Shown here piece by piece: positions 1-12,637 of a DNA stretch of 64,000 nt. Source of the DNA: Eukaryota sp. TZLM1-RC. Taxonomy: Eukaryota > Protista > Metamonada: BaSk clade. The stretch spans positions 868,001 through 932,000 of the forward strand of contig JAUPSS010000008.1 of NCBI GenBank assembly GCA_040285825.1, in the 5' to 3' direction. Under the pieces are notes generated by a model. That model ran no database searches. It saw only the letters and a program-made list of their open reading frames with translations, and had not been told where the DNA came from. The translations under genes were made by a program, and so were the position numbers. Position 1 is the first letter of the stretch. Each line of letters starts with the position of its first letter.

Positions 1-1506
1 AAACCATTGCTTTGTGAAAAGCTAGTTAGTGAACGACTTACTACAATGTTTAATAAATCGCATAACCCTTTGAATATGGCATTTGCAAATTCAATACCAT
101 TGTCACTATGAATCAACAGTGGGATACCAAAAATTGATACTACACTCCATAGGAGGTGATTGGTTGCCTCCACTGCATTCAATTCCTTTACAGGGCAAAT
201 GATCGTATACCTGGTGAACGAGTCTACAAAAACTATTAAATATTTGAATCCATTATCATCTTGTTGTAATGGTCCAATAGTATCTGCGTTTAATCGTGCA
301 AAAGGTCGATCAGCCCAAAGAGAGCCAGATGATTCAATGACATTTTTAGGCACATGTGCCGTCTTTTTGACATGCTGGGCATCTCTTAATATGGTTAATC
401 ATGTCTTTGCGCATGTCGGGCCAAAAGTAATCACTATTAAGTAATTTCTTTACGCTAGTCGTCACACTAGGATGGCCAACATTTGCATGTCCATGAATGA
501 TAGTTAAAGTCTGCTTCTTTAAACTATCTGGGATGACAATCTTCCCACGATTGTTGGTATACAATTGAATATCTGAATTATAATTGTAATCTTTATAATA
601 ATCAGGATTTGAATCAACATCTATAAGTTGTTCTTGCCTAATCTTTGAGATCCGAGTGTCAAATAAATCAAATTTAGTATCCTCAACTGCTTCTTTCAGT
701 GCAGATAAGCTATTGATCGTGGGTAGCTCAATTGTGGACGGTTGAGTAATATCATCCCTTAACAAATTAACTCTAGTTAATAAATTTAAATAGGGTAATT
801 GTTCTTCAACTCTGTGAGGTGCCAAGTTTCTCACTTGTTGGACTCGAGGAGTTTTGGGTTTGGCGTCAACCAATCTACACAACATGTCTGCCCAATAATT
901 CTCCTCGCCTGCAGTGTGGACTACATCAAAATTGAATTCTGACAATATTAGTAGCCACCTCTTCACAATTCTGTTCTTTTCAGGAGCTGATATGAGGTAT
1001 GCTAAATTTCTATGATCAGTGAAAATAGTTAATTTCCTCGAAATTAAATAATTTTCTAAACTACTGTCAGTGAGAATTAGTAAAATTGCATACAACTCTT
1101 TCTGAAGTACAGACCAATTCTTTTGTGAAGTTGTTAATAATCTGCTAAAGAAGGCAATAGGTACAACCTTTCTCTTAATTAGCGGAGTCGTAGGATCTTT
1201 AGGTGGGTTAGCTTCTTGCCATATTACTCCACCTACAGCCACATCGGACGCGTCAGCACTTATTAAAATATGCTTGTCTTCTCAGGGCAATTCAAGAGGG
1301 ATATTTGCTTTGATAAGATTTATAATCTTACCGAAAGCCTCGTCATGATCAGGAGTCCACTTGATTTTTGACGGTTTGTTTCTGGTTAATTTGTTGATTG
1401 GTTCTATCAAGTCAGACAAATTTGGCAACCAGTCACGTATATAATTGATCGATCCTTTAAAACTCCTAACTTCAGGTAATGTCCTGGGTTTGGGTAAATT
1501 GATCAG

Positions 1507-4500
1507 TCACTCAATCCTAGATTCATCTATATAACGGGTTTTGTTTACAAAAATACTACCTAGAATTTTTATTTCATGTTTGCAAGTGGTAAAGCTACAC
1601 TTGGGTAGGCCAAGGTTAACTCTAAAACGTTTGGCGCGTTCTAGGACCGTACCTACTCTAGATAGAAATTCATCCAGGGTCGAAGCTACTATTATTATAT
1701 CATCGATATAAATAAATACGCCCTCAGAATCAAATATTTCCATCATCATGTTTTGGAAGACTGCAGGAACGTTCTTCAAACCAAAACAAGCCCTTTTAAA
1801 ACTGATCGACATCCCGGGAATTGATACGGTAGTTTTATCAATATCCTCTTCTGCAATTTTGAGCTGCCAAAATGCCTTAGGTAAATCTAGAGTTGCTATA
1901 TAATTAGCTTTACTTAGAAACTCTAAAATGTCGCTAATCCTGGGCAAATTTGCCTCTACAGGTTTAGTTAAATCATTTACTCCACCAATACCACTAAAAT
2001 CGCCAGTTAATCGTGGTTTCCTGTGATCAGGGTAAATCACAAGACAGACGGGACTACTGAATTGAGACTTTGCGGGCACAGCAAATACATTACGGATCAA
2101 TTCGTTGAAAATTTCCTCGGCTACCCGTTGTTTTTCTGGGTTTAATCTTCGAGGTTTCCTTTTGACGACCTTACTTTCGTCATAAAATGGAATGGTCATC
2201 GGCTGACAATCAATTCCATCCGGGTGAGGTAGCCCACTAAATACATTTCTATATTTTTCGAGTAGCACGACTAGGCGTTCCTCGTCCCTATTGTCATCCA
2301 GGCATATTCTACAGCCCAACTCATCTAACTCATGTCTAAATGTAGAATGCCCAAAATCATTACCTAAGTCTGATTTATTACTCAATTGTTCAATGAATCT
2401 AATTGGTTGACAAATTCTATTATCGAACTCACATTCAGCATTTAAGATGGTGCGATGTTCGCGATCCAAATTAATATTAAAACCGTGCTCCGTGCGTAGC
2501 CCCAAGGTTTGTAATAAGTCTCTTCCGATCAAAAAATTATTGGTACCAGGAATGATCTGGAATTCGATCCTTAAAAACACTTGAGTGGCCAAGCTACCCA
2601 CATTTAGAGCAAGAACACCACTTGCACATCCCAGGGTTGTGGAGCGAATACCATTTGCCGATAAGTATTCGACAGTCTTATTGTCATTAACTGTCATATT
2701 ACATTTAGAGGCTAAATCCATTGATAATGCTGAAAATGCAGCTCCATTATCAATTTCGCCTTGTACTTCCACGTTATTTATGGTGCAGGTTAACCAAAGT
2801 TCCCCGTTAGAACTTTCTTGGTCCTCTGCTACCCTGGATAGTCTAACACTGTGGATAGAACCCACAGGATTGGATGACTCTCTAAATCTTTTGAATGGAT
2901 TTAGGTGATTATAATTCGAATCTGTTTTGCTCATTTTATGAATGGATTTGATTGAATTATTTGTAAGGTTATTGTTAAAAGATGTATAATCATCTGATTT
3001 ATTACTACTACTTTTACGTTTTCTATCACGTCTTTCACCTCCTTGACGCTTTTTTGAACCAGGTCTTCCCACTAATTTAAAACATTTCTCTTCAGGATGT
3101 TTATTGGTTTTACATAAGTTACACCATTGCTCTGAAGGGATGGGTCGACTGCTTACTCTAGGGTTCTTAAAAGGACCTTTTGACTGGCTTCGTCCTTTTT
3201 GCGCAGGAGCGTGAGCACCAAAAGCTGTTCTTTTCAAATTCATGTCTTTGATCGAAGATTCAAGGCTATTGACCTTGTTAACAAATGCGTTACCTAAATC
3301 GTAAATCGCACCGCCCAGTTTCTCGTTACTTGAATCAAACTTGCCAATCCAAATGATATATGTGTCCATCAATTGATTGTTTGTTTTGTAGTTAATAGTT
3401 TCGAGAAATCTGTTTGCTGGGTAGACGACAGACGGATTACCATCCGTTCCAGGCATAATTGTAGAGCGTCGAAATATATATATGATCTGCTCCATGAAGG
3501 CTGTCCATGAAGATTCAGCAGTCATTTTGCGACTGATCTCAGGTGGTCTTACAGACCTTAAAGCCTTCTCAACATCGGTAGGGTATTTGTACTGGGTGCT
3601 GAGTAGCAAATATTCCCAGATTTCGGCGTCAGATGGGTTGTTGCCTAACACGTTTGTTCGGCCTCCATAAAAACTCTGCCATTCTGCGATCACCTTACCC
3701 TCGATCATAAATCTCAAATACAAAGGGTCCACTTCGAAGAACATAGATCTAACGAAGTCGTACTGATGAACAGGTTGATCGTATTTGGTGATCGGCGTAA
3801 ATGCTCTGGTGGGTCCATCGCGATCCCTAACTGTTTTAGCCCAATTGCCAAAGTTAAGAACGAAGTAGAAGATCTTTTTGGCGTCAATCGCTTCATTTAA
3901 CTTAACTAGGCATCTCAGTTTGTCGTCTATTCTTTTCCTCAATTTCTCCTCGTCTGTTACAGGAGTTCTATAAAGACCGAGGGTGTCGACGAGAGAATCT
4001 CTAGGAGCATTCGTTCCTAGGGGTTGCGTGGGTATAGATGATTTTATAACAGATGCTTGTGTAGGAGTTGCTTCACAAGAAGCTCTCCCAGATGCCAGAG
4101 GCCCTACAGAAGGTGTACTAAATAGGTTCATATTCCTCTCTTCTGAAGGCAATGTTTCGCCCAACCTAATGATAAATCTTGTCTTAGGAGGTTCCTCCTG
4201 CATAGGTACGGTCTGGGCTGGTGGCCTTAAATCCACCCAATCTGGTGCATCTTTGGATCCTCTAGGGACCCCTGCTAGTTTATGATCATATGGAAGGCAA
4301 CTGCTCTTTATTAAGACATTCTCAAAAACATTCTGGTCGGGCCAGCTATCAACCCATGCCTTAAGTTTAGCCATCCATGCATCAGGGTATACTAATTTTA
4401 ACTTGTAAGGGCCAACACGCTGCTCTTTCAATTCAATTACCCTTGTGCCTATTTTTCTAATGTAGGACTCTTTGGTATGGAATTGAAGGGTGTCACCTCG

Positions 4501-5739
4501 AGATTCATCGAATCTGCCCCCAAGCATAATAAAAATGTCCGCAATAGAATCTTTTGGGTGTACGTTCTCCACTAGGAAATGCCTTACGACGCCTCTAAGG
4601 TTTCTACCTTGTTGATTATGAGGATACATTTTAGCTATCCAAAATAGTCTGTCGTAAGCTTCTTGATTTCCACTAAAATATATTTTGTGGTCATCAATTG
4701 CATCCCTATGCCATTTGGCAGGCCTGGAAGTAGCAGCTTGATACTTTGAACGAGGAGCGCTGAAATAGCAATCCTCGACTGCACTCATCCCACACGAGAC
4801 TGCCGAATCGGTAAGATCATCCAATCTCTTCAAAAGATTTGGACTCTGATCATAACTCTCGTAGACGACGTCGTCAAGTGTTTTGCCGTGGGCTTCCCCA
4901 AAGAGGAAGGGCCAACGTTTCGCTAAATAGTCACGTCGGACCTTCTCACATTCGGCTGGGTCTACGTCTCCCGCAAGATGCTCTGACTCATTCTCAGCCA
5001 TTTTTAATAATTCGTCATCACTCCAATCCATTACATCTTCGGGAGGATTGGCGATGAGGTCCAATAAGAAATCTCTAGTTACAGCCTCAACTGCCTTTGC
5101 TAATTTCCTTCGGTAAAGACCCTGAGAAGTCCCTTCCGTAGATGGGAAACTAGGAGTTGGATTAGGAGGATTGGGTGTATGAGGTGGTTCATCATCGCTC
5201 TCATCCCCTCTCCTGCTGTAGTTCTGATTAAGAGATCCTCTGGAATCACTTTGAGGTTCCTCACTTGAGCTGATGTCAGAAGTAGGTGAGGAGGGAGTTT
5301 TACGTGAGGAGCTAGTCGTAGACTGTTGCTCGCCTTCGCCTCCTTCGCCTTCTGTACAAGCGTCAGATTTATTACTTACAACAAACGCTTTGAATCTCCG
5401 TTGCTCGCTCGGAGTGAGAAAACTCTTCCTACAAGGAAGGAGCTCCGAGGAGTTATTGGGATATGTGTACAGTTCTGTCACATCCACAACGTGGTTACCT
5501 CTCTCCTTATTGGGGAGGTGGCTTTCTTTCTGAGAGGCAAGGCTCTTCTCAGCGGAAAGCTTACTCTCCTTAGGAGGATTACTCTTCCCGAAGGAAGGAT
5601 TACTCTCCGTAGGTGGTGGATTACTCACCGTGGGTGGTGGATTGTTCTCCTTCAAAGAAGGGACATTACTCTTCCTCAGAGAGGAAGGAGGGTTATCATT
5701 GAGGCTTTTCAGGCCATTAATTAATGATGCTTTATCCAT
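1507..5739 (-). pseudogene. gag-pol (Gag, zinc knuckle, protease, RT) of family 1 copy 1
   Basis: Long ORF; first ATG (MDKASLING) lies 15 nt inside the LTR; ends at a premature TGA where copy 2 has GGA. Confidence 0.9.
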
Positions 5740-5860
5740 ATATGATAACAAAGAATAAGGAATAATTTATTAGAATTTCACCGGCCCTTATAAAGGCCAT
5801 CACTAGTGAACTATGTTATATAAACATAAATGTACTGGACTAATTGTCTACAGTACAACA
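5725..5860 (-). repeat. 136-bp LTR shared by two tandem copies
   Basis: TGTTG...CATCA termini; near-identical to 12502-12637 and 13461-13596; PPT AAGAGAGGGAAAAGGTAG (5861-5878) directly before it; TATA-like TTTATAA in a GGCC stem and AATAAA inside. Confidence 0.95.
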
Positions 5861-8800
5861 CTACCTTTTCCCTCTCTTAGGTCTCGAACGAGAGCTACGA
5901 GTACTGACTGCAGGGGAACTAGTCTTAGATTTGAAATTAGAAGATGCCTTCCGTTTCCTGGTAGTGTGAGGACTAATTGAGCGCAAATATGTTTGATATG
6001 CCTCAGTGCTTTTGACGTCAGCAACTGCGACAGACGAAGTCTCGCCGCCATATTAAACTGCGGTACAATAAGGAACTTTATTATTGTTCGAATCTACGTA
6101 ATCAAAGTGATCTATAATTTTAACGATTACAGATTCTTCCATATCACCAGCAGCAATATTCTTATGCCAATCAAGATCTTCTTTAGAGAAGTCTGAAAGG
6201 TATAGTTTACAATGATTTATACTTGCCGTAGACATCGAACCAGTGACAAGATTCTTGAGTAATAAACTTTTATTGGATTTAACTTCTTCAACGAGAAAAG
6301 GGCCAGCGAAGCAACCATGGAGTTTACCATTAGTCTTTAATCGCAAAACTAAGTCACCTTTATTAAAAGGGTTCCTATGTTTGTTAACTTCAGGCAGTTG
6401 TTGAGCTTGCCTGAGCTCTGCCTCTTCTCTCTTCTTTGAAATCCTTTCAAGTTTTGCTTCAAGATCTTTAACAAAGGGAATATTAACATTACCTGATTTT
6501 ATTAATTCAAACATATTACTAGGATCAGCTCTAGGGCTGTGGTCGCTACCAAACATTAAATTGTAGGGCGAATGACCAGTAACTCTACTAATAGTTGAAT
6601 TGATTTGAAGTTGTACAATTGGGATATATTCACTCCAATTGCTATAATCGCCAGAGTCCACCAAAATCTTTCTTAGACTTTGTAAAATGTCTCTGTGTCG
6701 TCTTTCCACTAAACCATTGCTTTGTGAAAAGCTAGTTAGTGAACGACTTACTACAATGTTTAATAAATCGCATAACCCTTTGAATATGGCATTTGCAAAT
6801 TCAATACCATTGTCACTATGAATCAACAGTGGGATACCAAAAATTGATACTACACTCCATAGGAGGTGATTGGTTGCCTCCACTGCATTCAATTCCTTTA
6901 CAGGGCAAATGATCGTATACCTGGTGAACGAGTCTACAAAAACTATTAAATATTTGAATCCATTATCATCTTGTTGTAATGGTCCAATAGTATCTGCGTT
7001 TAATCGTGCAAAAGGTCGATCAGCCCAAAGAGAGCCAGATGATTCAATGACATTTTTAGGCACATGTGCCGTCTTTTTGACATGCTGGGCATCTCTTAAT
7101 ATGGTTAATCATGTCTTTGCGCATGTCGGGCCAAAAGTAATCACTATTAAGTAATTTCTTTACGCTAGTCGTCACACTAGGATGGCCAACATTTGCATGT
7201 CCATGAATGATAGTTAAAGTCTGCTTCTTTAAACTATCTGGGATGACAATCTTCCCACGATTGTTGGTATACAATTGAATATCTGAATTATAATTGTAAT
7301 CTTTATAATAATCAGGATTTGAATCAACATCTATAAGTTGTTCTTGCCTAATCTTTGAGATCCGAGTGTCAAATAAATCAAATTTAGTATCCTCAACTGC
7401 TTCTTTCAGTGCAGATAAGCTATTGATCGTGGGTAGCTCAATTGTGGACGGTTGAGTAATATCATCCCTTAACAAATTAACTCTAGTTAATAAATTTAAA
7501 TAGGGTTATTGTTCTTCAACTCTGTGAGGTGCCAAGTTTCTCACTTGTTGGACTCGAGGAGTTTTGGGTTTGGCGTCAACCAATCTACACAACATGTCTG
7601 CTCAATAATTCTCCTCGCCTGCAGTGTGGACTACATCAAAATTGAATTCTGACAATATTACTAGCCACCTCTTCACAATTCTGTTCTTTTCAGGAGCTGA
7701 TATGAGGTATGCTAAACTTCTATGATCAGTGAAAATAGTTAATTTCCTCGAAATTAAATAATTTTCTAAACTACTGTCAGTGAGAATTAGTAAAATTGCA
7801 TACAACTCTTTCTGAAGTACAGACCAATTCTTTTGTGAAGTTGTTAATAATCTGCTAAAGAAGGCAATAGGTACAACCTTTCTCTTAATTAGCGGAGTCG
7901 TAGGATCTTTAGGTGGGTTAGCTTCTTGCCATATTACTCCACCTACAGCCACATCGGACGCGTCAGCACTTATTAAAATATGCTTGTCTTCTCAGGGCAA
8001 TTCAAGAGGGATATTTGCTTTGATAAGATTTATAATCTTACCGAAAGCCTCGTCATGATCAGGAGTCCACTTGATTTTTGACGGTTTGTTTCTGGTGAAT
8101 TTGGTGATTGGTTCTATCAAGTCAGACAAATTTGGCAACCAGTCACGTATATAATTGATCGATCCTATAAAACTTTTTAACTTCAGGTAATGTCCTGGGT
8201 TTGGGTAGGTTGATCAGTCCCTTAATCCTAGATTCATCTATATAACGGGTTCTGTTTACAAAAATACTACCTAGAATTTTTATTTCATGTTTGCAAGTGG
8301 TAAAGCTACACTTGGGTAGGCCAAGGTTAACTCTAAAACGTTTAGCGCGTTCTAGGACCGTACCTACTCTAGATAGAAATTCATCCAGGGTCGAAGCTAC
8401 TACTATTATATCATCGATATAAATAAATACGCCCTCAGAATCAAATATTTCCATCATCATGTTTTGGAAGACTGCAGGAACGTTCTTCAAACCAAAACAA
8501 GCCCTTTTAAAACTGATCGACATCCCGGGAATTGATACGGTAGTTTTATCAATATCCTCTTCTGCAATTTTGAGCTGCCAAAATGCCTTAGGTAAATCTA
8601 GAGGTGCTATATAATTAGCTTTACTTAGAAACTCTAAAATGTCGCTAATCCTGGGCAAATTTGCCTCTACAGGTTTAGTTAAATCATTTACTCCACCAAT
8701 ACCACTAAAATCGCCAGTTAATCGTGGTTTCCTGTGATCAGGGTAAATCACAAGACAGATGGGACTACTGAATTGAGACTTTGCGGGCACAGCAAATCCA

Positions 8801-11800
8801 TTACGGATCAATTCGTTAAAAATTTCCTCGGCTACCCGTTGTTTTTCTGGGTTTAATCTTCGAGGTTTCCTTTTGACGACCTTACTTTCGTCATAAAATG
8901 GAATGGTCATCGGCTGACAATCAATTCCATCCGGGTGAGGTAGCCCACTAAATACATTTCTATATTTTTCGAGTAGCACGACTAGGCGTTCCTCGTCCCT
9001 AATGTCATCCAGGCATATTCTACAGCCCAACTCATCTAACTCATGTCTAAATGTGGAATGTCCAAAATCATTACCTAAGTCTGATTTATTACTCAATTGT
9101 TCAATGAATCTAATTAATTGACAAATTCTATTATCGAACTCACATTCAGCATTTAAGATGGTGCGATGTTCGCGTTCCAAATTAATATTAAAACCGTGCT
9201 CCGTGCGTAGCCCCAAGGTTTGTAATAAGTCTCTTCCGATCAAAAAATTATTGGTACCAGGAATGATCTGGAATTCGATCCTTAAAAACACTTGAGTGGC
9301 CAAGCTACCCACATTTAGAGCAAGAACACCACTTGCACATCCCAGGGTTGTGGAGCGAATACCATTTGCCGATAAGTATTCGACAGTCTTATTGTCATTA
9401 ACTGTCATATTACATTTAGAGGCTAAATCCATTGATAATGCTGAAAATGCAGCTCCATTATCAATTTCGCCTTGTACTTCCACGTTATTTATGGTGCAGG
9501 TTAACCAAAGTTCCCCGTTAGAACTTTCTTGGTCCTCTGCTACCCTGGATAGTCTAACACTGTGAATAGAACCCACAGGATTGGATGACTCTCTAAATCT
9601 TTTTAATGGATTTAGGTGATTATAATTCGAATCTGTTTTGCTCAATTTATAAATGGATTTGATTGAATTATTTGTAAGGTTATTGTTAAAAGATGTATAA
9701 TCATCTGATTTATTGCTACTACTTTTACGTTTTCTATCACGTCTTTCACCTCCTTGACGCTTTTTTGAACCAGGTCTTCCCACTAATTTAAAACATTTCT
9801 CTTCAGGATGTTTATTGGTTTTACATAAGTTACACCATTGCTCTGAAGGGATGGGTCGACTGCTTACTCTAGGGTTCTTAAAAGGACCTTTTGACTGGGT
9901 TCGTCCTTTTTGCGCAGGAGCGTGAGCACCAAAAGCTGTTCTTTTCAAATTCATGTCTTTGATCGAAGATTCAAGGCTATTGACCTTGTTAACAAATGCG
10001 TTACCTAAATCGTAAATCGCATCGCCCAGTTTCTCGTTACTTGAATCAAACTTGCCAATCCAAATGATATATGTGTCCATCAATTGATTGTTTGTTTTGT
10101 CGTTAATAGTTTCGAGAAATCTCTTTGCTGGGTAGACGACAGACGGATTACCATCCGTTCCAGGCATAATTGTAGAGCGTCGAAATATATATATATATGA
10201 TCTGCTCCATGAAGGCTGTCCATGAAGATTCAGCAGTCATTTTGCGACTGATCTCAGGTGGTCTTACAGACCTTAAAGCCTTCTCAACATCGGTAGGGTA
10301 TTTGTACTGGGTGCTGAGTAGCAAATATTCCCAGATTTCGGCGTCAGATGGGTTGTTGCCTAACACGTTTGTTCGGCCTCCATAAAAACTCTGCCATTCT
10401 GCGATCACCTTACCCTCGATCATAAATTTCAAATACAAAGGGTCCACTTCGAAGAACATAGATCTAACGAAGTCGTACTGATGAACAGGTTGACCGTATT
10501 TGGTGATCGGCGTAAATGCTCTGGTGGGTCCATCGCGATCCCTAACTGTTTTAGCCCAATTGCCAAAGTTAAGAACGAAGTAGAAGATCTTCTTGGCGTC
10601 AAACGCTTCATTTAACTTAACTAGGCATCTCAGTTTGTCGTCTATTCTTTTCCTCAATTTCTCCTCGTCTGTTACAGGAGTTCTATAAAGACCGAGGGTG
10701 TCGACGAGAGAATCTCTAGGAGCATTCGTTCCTAGGGGTTGCGTGGGTATAGATGATTTTATAACAGATGCTTGTGTAGGAGTTGCTTCACAAGAAGCTC
10801 TCCTAGATGCCAGAGGCCCTACAGAAGGTGTACTAAATAGGTTCATATTCCTCTCTTCTGAAGGCAATGTTTCGCCCAACTTAATGATAAATCTTGTCTT
10901 AGGAGGTTCCTCCTGCACAGGTACGGTCTGGGCTGGTGGCCTTAAATCCACCCAATCTGGTGCATCTTTAGATCCTCTAGGGACCCCTGCTAGTTTATGA
11001 TCATATGGAAGGCAACTGCTCTTTATTAAGACATTCTCAAAAACATTTTGGTCGGGCGAGCTATCAACCCATGCCTTAAGTTTAGCCATCCATGCATCAG
11101 GGTATACTAGTTTTAACTTGTTGGGGCCAACACGTTGCTCTTTCAATTCAATTACCCTTGTGCCGATTTCTCTAATATAGGACTCTTTGGTATGAAATTG
11201 AAGGGTGTCACCTCGAGATTCATCGAATCTGCCCCAAGCATAATAAAAATGTCCGCAATGGAATCTTTTGGGTGTACATTCTCCACTAGGAAATGCCTTA
11301 CGACGCCTCTAAGGTTTCTACCTTGTTGATTATGAGGGTACATCTTAGCTATCCAAAATAGTCTGTCGTAAGCTTCTTGATTTCCACTGAAATATATTTT
11401 GTGGTCATCAATTGCATCCCTATGCCATTTGGCAGGCCTGGGAGTAGCAGCTTGATACTTTGAACGAGGTGCGCTAAAATAGCAATCCTCGACTGCACTC
11501 ATTCCACACGAGACTGCCGAATCGGTAAGATCATCCAATCTCTTCAAAAGATTTGGACTCTGATCATAACTCTCGTAGACGACGTCGTCAAGTGTTTTGC
11601 CGTGGGCTTCCCCAAAGAGGAAGGGCCAACGTTTCGTTAAATAGTCACGTCGGACCTTCTCACATTCGGCTGGGTCTACGTCTCCCGCAAGACGCTCTGA
11701 CTCATTCTCAGGAATTTTTAATAATTCGTCATCACTCCAATCCATTACATCTTCGGGAGGATTGGCGATGAGGTCCAATAAGAAATCTCTAGTTGCAGCC

Positions 11801-12501
11801 TCAACTGCCTTTGCTAATTTCCTTCGGTAAAGACCCTGAGAAGTCCTTTCCGTAGATGGGAAACTAGGAGTTGGATTAGGAGGATTGGGTGTATGAGGTG
11901 GTTCATCATCGCTCTCATCCCCTATCCTGCTGTAGTTCTGATTAAGAGATCCTCTGGAATCACTTTGAGGTTCCTCACTTGAGCTGATGTCAGAAGTAGG
12001 TGAGGAGGGAGTTTTACGTGAGGAGCTAGTCGTAGACTGTTGCGCGCCTTCGCCTCCTTCACCTTCTGTACAAGCGTCAGATTTATTACTTACAACAAAC
12101 GCTTTGAATCTCCGTTGCTCGCTCGGAGTGAGAAAACTCTTCCTACAAGGAAGGAGCTCCGAGGAGTTATTGGGATATGTGTACAGTTCTGTCACATCCA
12201 CAACGTGGTTACCTCTCTCCTTATTAGGGAGGTGACTTCCTTTCTGGGAGGAAGGGCTCTCCTCAGTGTGAAGTTCACTCTCCTTATTGGGAAGGTGGCT
12301 TTCTTTCTGAGAGGCAAGGCTCTTCTCAGCGGAAAGCTCACTCTCCTTAGGAGGATTACTCTTCCCGAAGGAAGGATTACTCTCCGTAGGTGGAGGATTA
12401 CTCACCGTGGGTGGTGGATTGTTCTCCTTCAAATAAGGGACATTACTCTTCCTCAGAGAGGAAGGAGGGTTATCATTGTGGCTTTTCAGGCCATTAATTA
12501 A

Positions 12502-12637
12502 TGATGCTTTATCCATATATGATAACAAAGAATAAGGAATAATTTATTAGAATTTCAGCGGCCCTTATAAAGGCCATCACTAGTGAACTATGTTATATAA
12601 ACATAAATGTACTAGACTAATTGTCCACAGTACAACA
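12502..12637 (-). repeat. 136-bp 5' LTR of family 1 copy 2
   Basis: Same LTR sequence; followed by palindrome CATTAATTAATG (12492-12503). Confidence 0.95.

Larger units (their letters stand above)
1..5860 (-). mobile_element. Ty3/Gypsy LTR retrotransposon family 1, tandem copy 1 (runs off the left edge; defective)
   Basis: Gag-PR-RT-RH in one frame from ATG 5739: zinc knuckle CNLCKTNKHPEEKC, protease EIDNGA, RT LDLPKAFWQ / FGLKNVP / YIDD, RNase H ADASD..ELYA..TDH, integrase HHCC. In-frame TGA at 1507-1509 and 1282-1284, frameshift near 365. Confidence 0.95.
5725..12637 (-). mobile_element. Ty3/Gypsy family 1, full-length tandem copy 2 (about 6.9 kb, defective), integrase with chromodomain-like tail
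   Basis: LTR-gag-PR-RT-RH-IN-PPT-LTR. Integrase ADTIGP..SDNG..ERRH. Frameshifts near 11231, 10190 (AT expansion), 8175, 7075; stops at 7992, 7602, 6053. Confidence 0.95.

Noticed and set aside
346-370. Programmed frameshift between RNase H and integrase
   Set aside because: It falls inside the integrase zinc-finger region, and family 3 is continuous there; more likely an inherited lesion.
1282-1509. TGA reassignment (alternative genetic code)
   Set aside because: The Caprin-like host gene and the family B ORFs end in TGA, conserved Trp is TGG, and most in-frame TGAs are copy-specific lesions.
5700-5716. TGGCC after the family 1 and 2 LTRs as a canonical tRNA PBS
   Set aside because: It lies 8 nt from the LTR end, the two families diverge right after TGGCC, and family 3 has TGT; the TG is explained as the closing arm of the palindrome. 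A tRNA comparison is still needed.
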